54,623 nucleotides of DNA from an uncultured Candidatus Saccharibacteria bacterium. Lineage in GTDB: Bacteria > Patescibacteriota > Minisyncoccia > Phycocordibacterales > CSBR16-119. The DNA lies in contig CAYHDV010000004.1 in NCBI GenBank assembly GCA_964355515.1, positions 1 to 54,623 of the forward strand, written 5' to 3'. Under the pieces are notes generated by a model that made no database searches, was not told the origin of the DNA, and saw only the letters and a list, made by a program, of their open reading frames with translations. This document shows positions 1 through 8,746 of the stretch, in pieces. A program made the position numbers and the translations under genes. Every line of letters starts with the position of its first letter. Within the stretch, counting starts at the first letter, position 1.

Positions 1-241
1 TCGGAAATTCTTTTCCACAGTCTGTCATATACTTTCCACCAAACACACCAAGCGCCAGCATCTCCTTTGGGGTTAGGTCAGGTTTGAATTCAGGGTGGAA
101 ATTCCTACCCACTGGTTCAGTGAGAAAATAAATATATTTTTCTTGCATCTTATCACGCACGACAACCTTCTTTTTGCCTGCCCGTCCGTAGCTTTTAGCG
201 GAGGAGGGCATCTTGTCATTTACAATAACTTTTTTGTTCAT
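1..241 (-). CDS. conserved hypothetical protein; N-terminal part only, runs off the window start
   Basis: ATG at 241-239 (minus) opens MNKKVIVNDKMPSSAKSYGRAGKKKVVVRDKMQEKYIYFLTEPVGRNFHPEFKPDLTPKEMLALGVFGGKYMTD..., which reaches the window edge. Absent from the ORF track because it is truncated. No family recognised. Confidence 0.45.
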   Translation of the reverse strand, partial: MNKKVIVNDKMPSSAKSYGRAGKKKVVVRDKMQEKYIYFLTEPVGRNFHPEFKPDLTPKEMLALGVFGGKYMTDCGKEFP

Positions 242-257
242 GAAGTAAATTATAACA

Positions 258-290
258 GAAACAAAAGAGGCCCTCCGAAACGGAGGGCCC
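258..290 (-). terminator. rho-independent terminator after the DUF3298-like gene
   Basis: Stem GGCCCTCCG (269-277) / CGGAGGGCC (281-289) with loop AAA, followed on the minus strand by TCTTTTGTTT. Confidence 0.7.
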
Positions 291-369
291 TAACCACCAG
301 CCAAAGCCGGTGGGTGAACAGGAATTGGAACTGTTAATCCAGTATAGTCATAATAAATTTTGTGTCAAG

Positions 370-1395
370 CTACTGGCACACTCCACCCCCACCCACCTGG
401 GACAAATCACTCACCACAAATATCCCATCATATTCTTTTGCGAACTCACCATCACTCTCCATTATTTCTCGTGTATATCCCTTCAAAATAACTGGCACCT
501 TCTCGTACACATCTTCTGATTTCTTGGCATGTGTGTATTCATCTTCCAGACTTCCTGTTGTATCTTGATACCAATACTCAGCTTCCTCACCACACTTTGC
601 AAATGTTCGAACCTCGTTGCCAAACACAATTGTCCCTCTAAATTCTTTTTCAAAAGTTTCATAAACAGAAGGAATGTATGCTTTCTTAATATATCCAAAT
701 ACTTTCTCTAAAGGAATCTTGGCTTCAAGAGGCCCCAGAGAATATGGCCCCGCTTGATAGGGTGGGAAAAGGAAAAATAAACTACCTTCACTAAAATAAA
801 AATTGCTGAAATTCTCATACACGGGCTCTAGACCTTCTAGAAAGAGATTTTCTCTCCCTCCTTCTACAGAGCTAATCAACGAATCTTGAGCGAGAGATGC
901 TACTGCAGAAAGATTTTGAGGATCTTTTTTAAACAAATCTTTTATGTTTATCTTTTTACCAGAAGAATCGTAGTTAAAAGTCACTATTCCAAGGTTGCCA
1001 TGTGCTCCCCCTGTATATTCATAAGTATCGAATATATAAGAAACCATACCAAGGTCTTCCTTTTTTCGATAGGTTGACTCAAGAGTATATTTACCAGAAG
1101 CGCTACTCTTAAACACTTCAATATCTTCTGGGCTAAGATCCTCAAATAATTTTTTAAACTGAGAGACGCTAGAAAATACAAATATTTCTGCATCAGCTGA
1201 CACAATGGCATCTTTCGGATATGTCATGCGTATACTAAAATACTCTGACTCTTCTTCATACACAAAGTCTTCTCCTTTTTCTACTGGAATTATTTCTGTA
1301 GCGTCTTTTTCTTTTTTATGAAAGAATCCAAAGTAAGCAAACACGCCAAGACCAATAATTAAAATGAAGATACTTATTTTCCCAAATTTTGTCAT
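370..1395 (-). CDS. membrane-anchored DUF3298/DUF4163-like protein
   Basis: N-terminal TM helix (ISIFILIIGLGVFAYFGFF). The motif YEYTGGAHGNLGIVTFNYDSSGKKINIKDLF is typical of DUF3298. The C-terminal ~90 aa domain is unassigned. Confidence 0.75.
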   Translation of the reverse strand: MTKFGKISIFILIIGLGVFAYFGFFHKKEKDATEIIPVEKGEDFVYEEESEYFSIRMTYPKDAIVSADAEIFVFSSVSQFKKLFEDLSPEDIEVFKSSASGKYTLESTYRKKEDLGMVSYIFDTYEYTGGAHGNLGIVTFNYDSSGKKINIKDLFKKDPQNLSAVASLAQDSLISSVEGGRENLFLEGLEPVYENFSNFYFSEGSLFFLFPPYQAGPYSLGPLEAKIPLEKVFGYIKKAYIPSVYETFEKEFRGTIVFGNEVRTFAKCGEEAEYWYQDTTGSLEDEYTHAKKSEDVYEKVPVILKGYTREIMESDGEFAKEYDGIFVVSDLSQVGGGGVCQ

Positions 1396-1511
1396 ATGTA
1401 TAAGTATACTCTCTGTCTCCTACTTAATCCACAAGTATGTATAGTATATTTTTATTTACTCTAATATATAATATGTATGGTCGAAGTACTTTATAACTAA
1501 TACTGCAAACA

Positions 1512-1697
1512 ATGAAGACAATAAAATTTGTCGCTTGGCTTCTTGTTATAATCGGAGGACTCAACTGGGGACTTATTGGATTCTTCCAATTTGATCTGGT
1601 TGCAGAGATCTTCGGTGCTATGTCTACGGTAGCCCGTATTGTATACGCGCTTGTGGGACTTAGCGCCCTCCTTCTTTTATTCAAGAGAGCAAGCTAA
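1512..1697 (+). CDS. DUF378 family small membrane protein
   Basis: 61 aa. VAWLLVIIGGLNWGLIGFFQFDLVAEIFG matches the DUF378 consensus. Confidence 0.85.
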   Translation: MKTIKFVAWLLVIIGGLNWGLIGFFQFDLVAEIFGAMSTVARIVYALVGLSALLLLFKRAS

Positions 1698-1757
1698 CAA
1701 TATAGGTGACACTCGTCTAACTACCGAGGACATCTTTAACAACGTCTCGTCGACACA

Positions 1758-1787
1758 ACAAAAACCGCTCACGCGGTTTTTGTTTTT
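1758..1787. terminator. bidirectional terminator between convergent genes
   Basis: Stem AAAACCGC (1761-1768) / GCGGTTTT (1773-1780) with loop TCAC; T-runs follow on both strands. Confidence 0.7.
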
Positions 1788-2562
1788 AAGTATTTTTCTT
1801 CAACCACCCCTTAAGCGTCATTTTAAATGTATTTAAGTGTTCGGAAGTTCGATAAGAATGAGGTAGTCCTTCTAGGATTTTTATAGAGGCTTTCTTTTTA
1901 GGCATTTCTTGGAAGAGAATTTTTGTTTGGTCAAAACAACTATCATCCTCATCACCAACAATAAGCACTGTTGGCATGGTCAACCTTTCTACTTTCAAGA
2001 GTAAATCATGATTCAATCTTTCCTCCATTTGATACCAATGGTTTCTTTTTAGATTTCCTTCTGAATCAATTTTTTCAATAACTTCTTGGTTCTTCCATCT
2101 ATCAAGACTTCCCGGATCTCTTTTTTCATGAGTCTCAAATGAAAGTTTCCCAGAAACAATTGGTGCGACAGCCACAAGATATCCAACTTTTTCTGGATAT
2201 TCTTCAGCATATCTGGTTGCAGAATACCCACCTTTTGAATGTCCAGAAACAAGGAGTGGTAACTTAAACCAATCCTGTAATTGAACCCAATTTGTAACAT
2301 CTTCAAAATCTTCCCAGAATGTCCCCAGTGTTGATTTTTCATAGTCGCCATCACTTTCTCCAAAAGAATTTGTTGCATCAAAATTGAAAGTCTGGAATCC
2401 CTCCTCTGCAAACGTTTCTTCAAGAGCTTTTGGTACTCTTTTATTTTTGTGAGAACCCCAACCATGCTGAATAACGCAAGTGCCTTTCACCCCCCCCAGT
2501 GGGACCTTTAATACTCCTACAATTTTTTGACCTTTCCGGTTTTTTAATTCAAATTTTTTCAT
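1786..2562 (-). CDS. alpha/beta hydrolase (serine hydrolase)
   Basis: GHSKGG nucleophile elbow and a C-terminal acid/His region. Start set at ATG 2562 (MKKFELKN), because the longer ORF to 2622 overlaps the trmD 3' end. Confidence 0.8.
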   Translation of the reverse strand: MKKFELKNRKGQKIVGVLKVPLGGVKGTCVIQHGWGSHKNKRVPKALEETFAEEGFQTFNFDATNSFGESDGDYEKSTLGTFWEDFEDVTNWVQLQDWFKLPLLVSGHSKGGYSATRYAEEYPEKVGYLVAVAPIVSGKLSFETHEKRDPGSLDRWKNQEVIEKIDSEGNLKRNHWYQMEERLNHDLLLKVERLTMPTVLIVGDEDDSCFDQTKILFQEMPKKKASIKILEGLPHSYRTSEHLNTFKMTLKGWLKKNT

Positions 2563-2566
2563 AAAT

Positions 2567-3229
2567 TTATTTATTCTTCCTCTTAGAATTCCTCCACTCA
2601 TCAATCTTTTTATGATCACCACTCAAGAGCACCTTTGGTACTTTGTATTTTTTGTCTTTCCAAATTATCTCAGCTGGACGAGTGTAGATTTCTCCACTTG
2701 AAATTCTCTCTTCTTCAAGTGATTCAAACTTCCCCAGCACGCCCGGGATTTGCCTTGAGATAGAATCAATCAAGACCATCGATGGAAGCTCTCCACCTGT
2801 GAGCACATAGTCACCGATAGAGACCTCTTCTGCTTTAAACATCTTTCGAATCCGCGAGTCTATCCCTTCGTAGCGCCCCGAAACCAAAATAATATCAGTG
2901 TAGCCTTTTACTGTTTTCTTGGCATACGCAGTGTCAAACTTTTTCCCTTCGGGGGCAAAGAGAATTATTTTTATCTTAAAATTCTTTTTCTTTTCTATTC
3001 CCTTTTTTGCTTTCTCTATAGCTCGCGCTACAGGCTCTGCCATCATAGTCATCCCCGGACCTCCTCCATATGGCCGATCATCCACCGTGTTGTGTTTGTT
3101 GTTCGCAAAGTCCCGTGGGTTATAAAACTTCACAGAGATTTTCTTACCAGCAATAGCCCGCGCCAAAATAGAGTCTCCTAGGTAAGACTCAAACATCTCT
3201 GGGAAAATTGTAATAATATGAAAATTCAT
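2567..3229 (-). CDS. trmD: tRNA (guanine37-N1)-methyltransferase
   Basis: MNFHIITIFPEMFESYL..., RPYGGGPGMTMM, YEGIDSR and VLTGGELP are classic TrmD motifs. Confidence 0.95.
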   Translation of the reverse strand: MNFHIITIFPEMFESYLGDSILARAIAGKKISVKFYNPRDFANNKHNTVDDRPYGGGPGMTMMAEPVARAIEKAKKGIEKKKNFKIKIILFAPEGKKFDTAYAKKTVKGYTDIILVSGRYEGIDSRIRKMFKAEEVSIGDYVLTGGELPSMVLIDSISRQIPGVLGKFESLEEERISSGEIYTRPAEIIWKDKKYKVPKVLLSGDHKKIDEWRNSKRKNK

Positions 3230-3268
3230 AAATTTAGATTAGCAGAAAAAATATATTATAGCCATATT

Positions 3269-3293
3269 AAAAAAACAGACCCAAAGGGGTCTG
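3269..3293 (-). terminator. rho-independent terminator after the VanX-like gene
   Basis: Stem CAGACCC (3276-3282) / GGGTCTG (3287-3293). The plus-strand A-run 3269-3275 gives a U-run on the minus strand. Confidence 0.65.
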
Positions 3294-3300
3294 CTTCAAT

Positions 3301-4017
3301 CTATGCAACAAGCCCGACAACGCCATACATGCATTCTTCGAAACGAAGATACTTAGAGTGCCTCTTAGTGCCATACTCATAGTGCCACCATTCAGCAGGA
3401 TAATTTCGGAAACCAAAATATGTCATGATGGTTGCCAAGATATATCTGTGGACTTGAGCTTCAAGAGAAACCATGTTTGAAGCAGTGTAACTTGTTCGAT
3501 CAACACCATGACTTGGACTCCCCATATCGAGTGGTAATCTTGTATTTAAATCAATTAAACACAAATCAACCGCTGCTCCAGTTTGGTGAGGTCCGCCAGG
3601 TCTTGCAATGAACGTATTTACAATCTTCCAGATTTCATCCTCTGATAATTCTGGTTTTTGAACCGTAAGCAAGTCAAAGCGACATTCTCGTAGACTCAAC
3701 TGTCTTTCAGATGAACGGAAAACTTCTATCAAGCCGAAACCTAGTCCCTTTGGAAGGAAAAGTGAGGCCTCCTGGAGTTGCTCCCATGCCCGCTTTCGAA
3801 AAAGTGGTTCTTTTGAAGCAGGAGAATCGTTAAGAATTATAATTTTCTTCGTTGGGTGGATCATCACAAGACCTTCTCCGCACTCCCGAACATTCACTGA
3901 GTTTATTTCATCTCGAGAAAATGATTTCAGATGCGGGGTAAGATTTGCAAAGTCAAACTTTCCAAACCTATTTTGTACAAAGTCCAAGGCATTTCCAATT
4001 GTTTGTTCTTTTCTCAT
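3301..4017 (-). CDS. D-alanyl-D-alanine dipeptidase (peptidase M15D, VanX/DdpX-like)
   Basis: FRSSERQ, HQTGAAVD (HxxGxAxD zinc site) and EWWHYEY. Confidence 0.8.
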   Translation of the reverse strand: MRKEQTIGNALDFVQNRFGKFDFANLTPHLKSFSRDEINSVNVRECGEGLVMIHPTKKIIILNDSPASKEPLFRKRAWEQLQEASLFLPKGLGFGLIEVFRSSERQLSLRECRFDLLTVQKPELSEDEIWKIVNTFIARPGGPHQTGAAVDLCLIDLNTRLPLDMGSPSHGVDRTSYTASNMVSLEAQVHRYILATIMTYFGFRNYPAEWWHYEYGTKRHSKYLRFEECMYGVVGLVA

Positions 4018-4078
4018 AATATATAGATCTTTTCAAAGACTTTAACATCATAAATATTGAATTGCAAGCCCGGCCGTT

Positions 4079-4190
4079 TTCCAAATTGTCGTTAAGAAAC
4101 CACCTAACTTCTTGCGTATAATGCCGAACTCGTAGCGATAGCGCTTAGAGAGGCATAGCAAGAAGTCAGGTGGTTTTAGACAATTTGGAA
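4079..4190. repeat. 112-nt imperfect palindrome (rod-like hairpin) of unknown function
   Basis: Arm 4079-4115 (TTCCAAATTGTCGTTAAGAAACCACCTAACTTCTTGC) pairs with 4158-4190 (GCAAGAAGTCAGGTGGTTTTAGACAATTTGGAA). There is an inner ATGCC/GGCAT stem. Non-coding. Confidence 0.7.
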
Positions 4191-4304
4191 GAGGTCTAGC
4201 TTTTTTGTTTCTTTTTCAGCGATGGAAAAAGAAAAGTAGTAAGCTTTCTCATAAAAAAGTACTGGATAGTTTGATGGGAAAGAAAAAAGTAAATGATAAA
4301 ATAT

Positions 4305-4329
4305 GGATTGCTTCGTGCCTCGCAAAGAC
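4305..4329 (+). repeat. copy of the dispersed 25-nt repeat GGATTGCTTCGTRCCTCGCAAAGAC
   Basis: GGATTGCTTCGTGCCTCGCAAAGAC, identical to 40554-40578 and near-identical to the three copies in 25268-25415. Confidence 0.85.
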
Positions 4330-4340
4330 AAAAACTCTTT

Positions 4341-4379
4341 AAACGAAAAACCACCCGAGAGGGTGGTTTTTCGTTTTTT
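4341..4379 (-). terminator. terminator after the KH-domain gene (usable on both strands)
   Basis: 13-bp stem CGAAAAACCACCC (4344-4356) / GGGTGGTTTTTCG (4361-4373) with loop GAGA, flanked by A/T runs. Confidence 0.75.
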
Positions 4380-4423
4380 CTGTGTCGACAAACACAAATG
4401 TCTACAATGAATCACTAAAAAGT

Positions 4424-4744
4424 TTAGATACCTTTTAAATCTTCCATTGCTTGGTCAACTGAAGATGCAACAGGTGCTGACATCTCATGTTGTTGACCTC
4501 CAGCTGGCTCATTAATCTTTAGGTTAACTCGCGCATTGTTCTTCATACCGATTACTCGTAGGAGTGTACGGATTGCCTTTGCGGTATTTCCTTGTCGTCC
4601 GATGATCTTCCCCATATCTTCTGGAGAAACTGAAAGTGTCATAAGAACACCCATCTCGTCTACTCGCCGATCAACCGAAACTTCCTCTGGTTTATCTACA
4701 AGTGACTTTACAACGAACTCAAGAAATTCTTGATCTCTTTCCAT
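4424..4744 (-). CDS. KH-domain RNA-binding protein (YlqC/UPF0109-like)
   Basis: GKIIGRQGNTAKAIRTLL is a GxxG KH motif. The gene lies downstream of rpsP, as in many bacteria. ATG at 4744; the track start at 4750 is TTG. Confidence 0.85.
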   Translation of the reverse strand: MERDQEFLEFVVKSLVDKPEEVSVDRRVDEMGVLMTLSVSPEDMGKIIGRQGNTAKAIRTLLRVIGMKNNARVNLKINEPAGGQQHEMSAPVASSVDQAMEDLKGI

Positions 4745-4861
4745 GTTCAAAAATTCATAGAATTAATATCTGCGTTTCTTCTAACGAAACAGCTTTATTA
4801 ATTCATTGCTGGTAATGGCAGCATCGACAATTTGCTGCACATAAAAAAAGTATACGGGATG

Positions 4862-4910
4862 TAAAAAAACTGTCAATCAAAAACATCCACGGTTGTGGAT
4901 GTTTTTGATT
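4862..4910 (-). terminator. 16-bp hairpin between rpsP and the KH gene (terminator or attenuator)
   Basis: AATCAAAAACATCCAC (4875-4890) / GTGGATGTTTTTGATT (4895-4910) with loop GGTT. A minus-strand T-run follows 4 nt later. Confidence 0.65.
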
Positions 4911-4915
4911 ATTAT

Positions 4916-5215
4916 TTATTTAATATCTTTTCTCTTTTTTGTAGGAGTTTTCTTTGGAAGAACATTGATAGCCTTTCCTTCTATTATATTTTGTTTCAAA
5001 AGAAAGTTGTGAACTGTCCCTGAGGCTTGAGCTCCAAAACCGATCCAGTGCTTCACTCTATCAGCCTTAAAAGAAACCTCCCCAGCTTTTGGATCATATG
5101 AACCTAGGATTTCTTTGAATCTTCCACTCTTTGCTCCATTTCGAGAATCAGTCAAAACAACCCGAAAAAATGGCTGGTTTCTTCTTCCTGTTCTTTGTAG
5201 TCTTATCATTAACAT
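4916..5215 (-). CDS. rpsP: 30S ribosomal protein S16
   Basis: MLMIRLQRTGRRNQPFFRVVLTDSR...GSYDP. Start at ATG 5215; the track ORF extends spuriously to 5260. Confidence 0.93.
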   Translation of the reverse strand: MLMIRLQRTGRRNQPFFRVVLTDSRNGAKSGRFKEILGSYDPKAGEVSFKADRVKHWIGFGAQASGTVHNFLLKQNIIEGKAINVLPKKTPTKKRKDIK

Positions 5216-5352
5216 GCACGATATCTTAGCAAGAGACTCTAAAATAGTCAACTCCCACAAAGACCAATCTCTTACCCTCCTTAGTCCAAGATACTCTCAT
5301 GGTATTTCCCACCTTTTTCTGCTTATTTCAAATCAATATAATCGTGTATAAT

Positions 5353-7287
5353 ATGTCGATAATGACAAAAAATAATACCCAATATGTAGAAGGACGTCTT
5401 GCTCTCTCAGCCAGAGGTCTCGGATTTGTTCGAACGCCTGATTTTGAAGAAGCGGTAGTGATAGAGCCAAATTTCCTTGGTCTTGCACTAAATGGAGATA
5501 TTGTAAAAGTACTTCTCCACCCAAAGATTGTAAACAAAGATCAGTCTGGAGAAATAGTAGAAATAATCAAAAGAAAAAAGAAAGGATTTTCTGGAACCCT
5601 CATCGAGAGAGATAATTCGTTTTTCCTTGATCCTCAAGACTACAGAGACAACTTTGAAATCCTAATCCCCAAAGAAAAACTAAACAGTGCGAAAACTGGA
5701 GAAAAAGTTTTTGGAGTAATCACCAATTGGACAGACAGAAAGAAAATTCCGCTTGGAGAAATTATTGAAGTCCTAGGAAAAGAGGGTGACAACAATGCCG
5801 AGATGAAAGCAATAGCTATTGAACAAGGCTTCAACCAAGAATTTCCCAAAAAAGTTCTTGCTGAAGCTCAAGCTATTGCAATTCGTGGAATCAAAGAAGA
5901 AGATATCGTGGGAAGAAAAGATATGAGAGGAATCACTACCTTTACCATAGACCCAGTAGATGCAAAGGATTTTGATGATGCCCTTTCTATAGAAACACTG
6001 GGAGACAATAAATACAGAATCGGAATTCACATTGCGGATGTTTCTTTCTATGTTAAACCTGATACTGATTTAGATAGAGAGGCATACGAGCGAGCGACAT
6101 CCGTGTATCTAGTAGACAGGACAATTCCCATGCTCCCAGAAGAACTTTCAAACGACCTCTGCTCTCTAAAACCAAACACTGACAGACTTGCCTTTTCAGC
6201 GATATTTGAAATGGACAACAAAGGAATTGTTTCTCATGCGTGGTATGGGAGAACAGTTATTCATTCAGACAAAAGATTCACATACGAAAACGCACAAGAA
6301 ATTCTAAACAATGGCGAAGGGCTATATTATGATGAGCTAAAAATCATGGTAGACATTTCCAAAGAACTCACAAAAGAGCGATTTAGAAATGGTGCCGTTT
6401 CTCTAGAGTCAGATGAAGTCAAATTCAAACTAGATGAAAATGGAGTTCCTATTTCTGTGTACATAAAAGAGCGTGGAGATACAAACAAAATGATCGAGGA
6501 GTTTATGCTTCTTGCAAATAAATATGTTGCAACCTATCTTTCCTTTGATGAAGAAAAAAACGAACGATTGGGAGTATATAGAATACACGACACCCCAGCC
6601 CTAGATAGGACAGAAGACTTAGTGAAATTTCTGACTATCCTAGGATACAAAGTAGAAACAAAAGATGGAGTTATTCCTACAAAAGAAATAAACCGTATAG
6701 CAAAGGAGTCTGAAGCTGATGACATGTCGGCAACAGTGCAGACGGCAATTGTGAGATCCATGGCAAAAGCGATTTATTCTATAAAAAACATAGGACACTA
6801 TGGATTGGCTTTTGAGTATTATACTCACTTCACCTCACCCATCCGAAGATACCCTGATGTGGTGGTGCACAGGCTTCTCCAGACATATCTCGATGGTATT
6901 TCTATACCCAAACAATCATGGCCAACATACCAAAGCATGTGTGACCACAGTTCAGAAAGAGAAAAGGATGCCAGCAATGCAGAGCGAGACAGTATCAAAT
7001 ACAAACAAGTAGAATACATGTCTTCGCGAGTTGGAGAAACTTTCACAGGTGTTATAACGGGTATTTCTGAAATGGGGATCTTCGTAGCGGAACTAACCAC
7101 CCAATCAGAAGGGCTTATCCGACTGCGAGACATAGGTGATGATTATTTCCAATATGATGAAAAGAAAATGGCTATTATCGGAAGAAAAACAAAAGCAACA
7201 TATAGAATCGGAGACCATGTCCCTATAAAAGTAAAAAGGGCTGACCTTGAGAAAAAACTAATCGATTACGAGTTTATCAAAAAATAA
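5353..7287 (+). CDS. rnr: ribonuclease R / exoribonuclease II family (RNB domain plus C-terminal S1)
   Basis: FTIDPVDAKDFDDALS, IHIADVS, HYGLAFEYYTHFTSPIRRYPD and an S1-like C-terminus. Start at ATG 5353. Confidence 0.9.
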   Translation: MSIMTKNNTQYVEGRLALSARGLGFVRTPDFEEAVVIEPNFLGLALNGDIVKVLLHPKIVNKDQSGEIVEIIKRKKKGFSGTLIERDNSFFLDPQDYRDNFEILIPKEKLNSAKTGEKVFGVITNWTDRKKIPLGEIIEVLGKEGDNNAEMKAIAIEQGFNQEFPKKVLAEAQAIAIRGIKEEDIVGRKDMRGITTFTIDPVDAKDFDDALSIETLGDNKYRIGIHIADVSFYVKPDTDLDREAYERATSVYLVDRTIPMLPEELSNDLCSLKPNTDRLAFSAIFEMDNKGIVSHAWYGRTVIHSDKRFTYENAQEILNNGEGLYYDELKIMVDISKELTKERFRNGAVSLESDEVKFKLDENGVPISVYIKERGDTNKMIEEFMLLANKYVATYLSFDEEKNERLGVYRIHDTPALDRTEDLVKFLTILGYKVETKDGVIPTKEINRIAKESEADDMSATVQTAIVRSMAKAIYSIKNIGHYGLAFEYYTHFTSPIRRYPDVVVHRLLQTYLDGISIPKQSWPTYQSMCDHSSEREKDASNAERDSIKYKQVEYMSSRVGETFTGVITGISEMGIFVAELTTQSEGLIRLRDIGDDYFQYDEKKMAIIGRKTKATYRIGDHVPIKVKRADLEKKLIDYEFIKK

Positions 7288-7293
7288 TAATCT

Positions 7294-8163
7294 ATGAAGC
7301 AACCCTTCAGTTTGTTAATTTTTACAGGAATACTCATTGGAGGAGTTTTCGCTATTTTCACATTTGGAGATATTCTTATTTCTACATTTGCCTCTGATTC
7401 AGAGTATACAGATAACACCAAAGCGAATTCCATCTCAGTGGTCACAGACAATGAAGAAAATTTCTTTAACTCTCTAGAATCAGAGAGCTCGCAGGATATA
7501 GAAACTAACCTTGATTCAAGCACTACCACTGAAAATCCCATTGTAGATAAAAACAAAGAAATAATAACTAAAGACCAAACAACCTCTGACGCTTGCCCAG
7601 AATCAACAGCTCTCGTGGATTTAGATTTAGAAAAATTATCTAGAACACACTCCATACTTTCTTCGTATGTTCCATCTTCTCTTGTTTCCATAAAAGGTGA
7701 TTGGGGTACATATTGCATCAAAAATGAAACAGAGAAAGCCTTACAAAAAATGATCTCTGATGCAAAAAAAGAAGGGCTTGTTATCCAAATATATTCTGGG
7801 TACAGAAGCTATAGTCTCCAGTCCATACTCTTTTCTAGATGGCAAAAAAACAATCCAGGTGGTGCAGACTACCCCGCAGTCGCAGAGCCTGGGCACTCAG
7901 AACATCAGTTGGGGACTACTGTTGATTTAAAATCTGGGTCAATTCCTTATGGAAGTGACAATCCCTTTGGAGATTCCCCGGAATATCCATGGATGAAAGA
8001 AAACGCTCATAAATATGGATTTACTCAAAGCTACAAAAAGGGAGTAGAAGAAATAACAGGCTACATAGCAGAGCCGTGGCATTGGAGATATGTCGGAGTA
8101 GATATCGCAACAAAAATAAAAAAGAAAGAAACAACTTTTACAGAGTATGTAATGGAAGACTAG
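7294..8163 (+). CDS. membrane-anchored D-alanyl-D-alanine carboxypeptidase (peptidase M15B, VanY-like)
   Basis: N-terminal TM helix, then SGYRSYSLQ, SEHQLGTTVD and EPWHWRYVG. Confidence 0.85.
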   Translation: MKQPFSLLIFTGILIGGVFAIFTFGDILISTFASDSEYTDNTKANSISVVTDNEENFFNSLESESSQDIETNLDSSTTTENPIVDKNKEIITKDQTTSDACPESTALVDLDLEKLSRTHSILSSYVPSSLVSIKGDWGTYCIKNETEKALQKMISDAKKEGLVIQIYSGYRSYSLQSILFSRWQKNNPGGADYPAVAEPGHSEHQLGTTVDLKSGSIPYGSDNPFGDSPEYPWMKENAHKYGFTQSYKKGVEEITGYIAEPWHWRYVGVDIATKIKKKETTFTEYVMED

Positions 8164-8168
8164 AAACT

Positions 8169-8198
8169 AAAAAAGCCCCGCCAAAGGCGGGGCTTTTC
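8169..8198. terminator. bidirectional terminator between convergent genes
   Basis: AGCCCCGCC (8174-8182) / GGCGGGGCT (8186-8194), flanked by an A-run and a T-run. Confidence 0.8.
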
Positions 8199-8214
8199 CA
8201 ATTCTCCTACAATA

Positions 8215-8649
8215 TCAGAATTGAATTTTATGAATAAGAACTTCATACCGAAACATGACACCAAGGTCAATTGATAGAGTGCAGGAATGTCCAAACTTGC
8301 CCTGCATTCCTAAATTCACAAGGCAAGGAAAAGTTCTTAACAATTTCTCAAAGAGGTCTGGGTCAGAAAAATATATCTTCATCTCTGTGAGAGAGACCTC
8401 CATGATGACATCCTCAAACAGGTATTTCCCCTTCTCTGTATGAAGAGATATTTGATGGTAGGTCAATTCCTCGTTTAGGAATTCTTCAGCTAACCATTTA
8501 AGAAGACCTCCCTTCTTTTTAAACTCTTTTTTCCCTTTTTTGGTAAGGACAAAAGTATCCTGACCGCCCTCCACAGACTCAGAAGAGACCTTGATCTTTT
8601 TTTCAAATCGGCCCTTTCTCCCGTTCCCCTTTTCTATAGTTATATTCAT
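8215..8649 (-). CDS. hypothetical protein
   Basis: 144-aa ORF in the gap between two terminators, ending in TGA just before terminator 8169-8198. No family recognised. Confidence 0.55.
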   Translation of the reverse strand: MNITIEKGNGRKGRFEKKIKVSSESVEGGQDTFVLTKKGKKEFKKKGGLLKWLAEEFLNEELTYHQISLHTEKGKYLFEDVIMEVSLTEMKIYFSDPDLFEKLLRTFPCLVNLGMQGKFGHSCTLSIDLGVMFRYEVLIHKIQF

Positions 8650-8710
8650 CTTTTGTTTTTAAAAATTACAATTGATTCACATCTTATCATTTCAAAAACT
8701 AGAGTCAATA

Positions 8711-8742
8711 ACCACAAAATCTCCTTTCGGAGATTTTGTGGT
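8711..8742 (-). terminator. hairpin after the smc-like gene
   Basis: 14-bp stem ACCACAAAATCTCC / GGAGATTTTGTGGT with loop TTTC. The minus-strand U-tract is weak. Confidence 0.5.
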
Positions 8743-8746
8743 TTCT

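Noticed and set aside
4176-4415. 79-aa minus-strand ORF in the KH/VanX intergenic gap
   Set aside because: It is built from the palindrome arm, the 25-nt repeat (translating as SLRGTKQS) and the terminator stem, so it is repeat-derived rather than coding.
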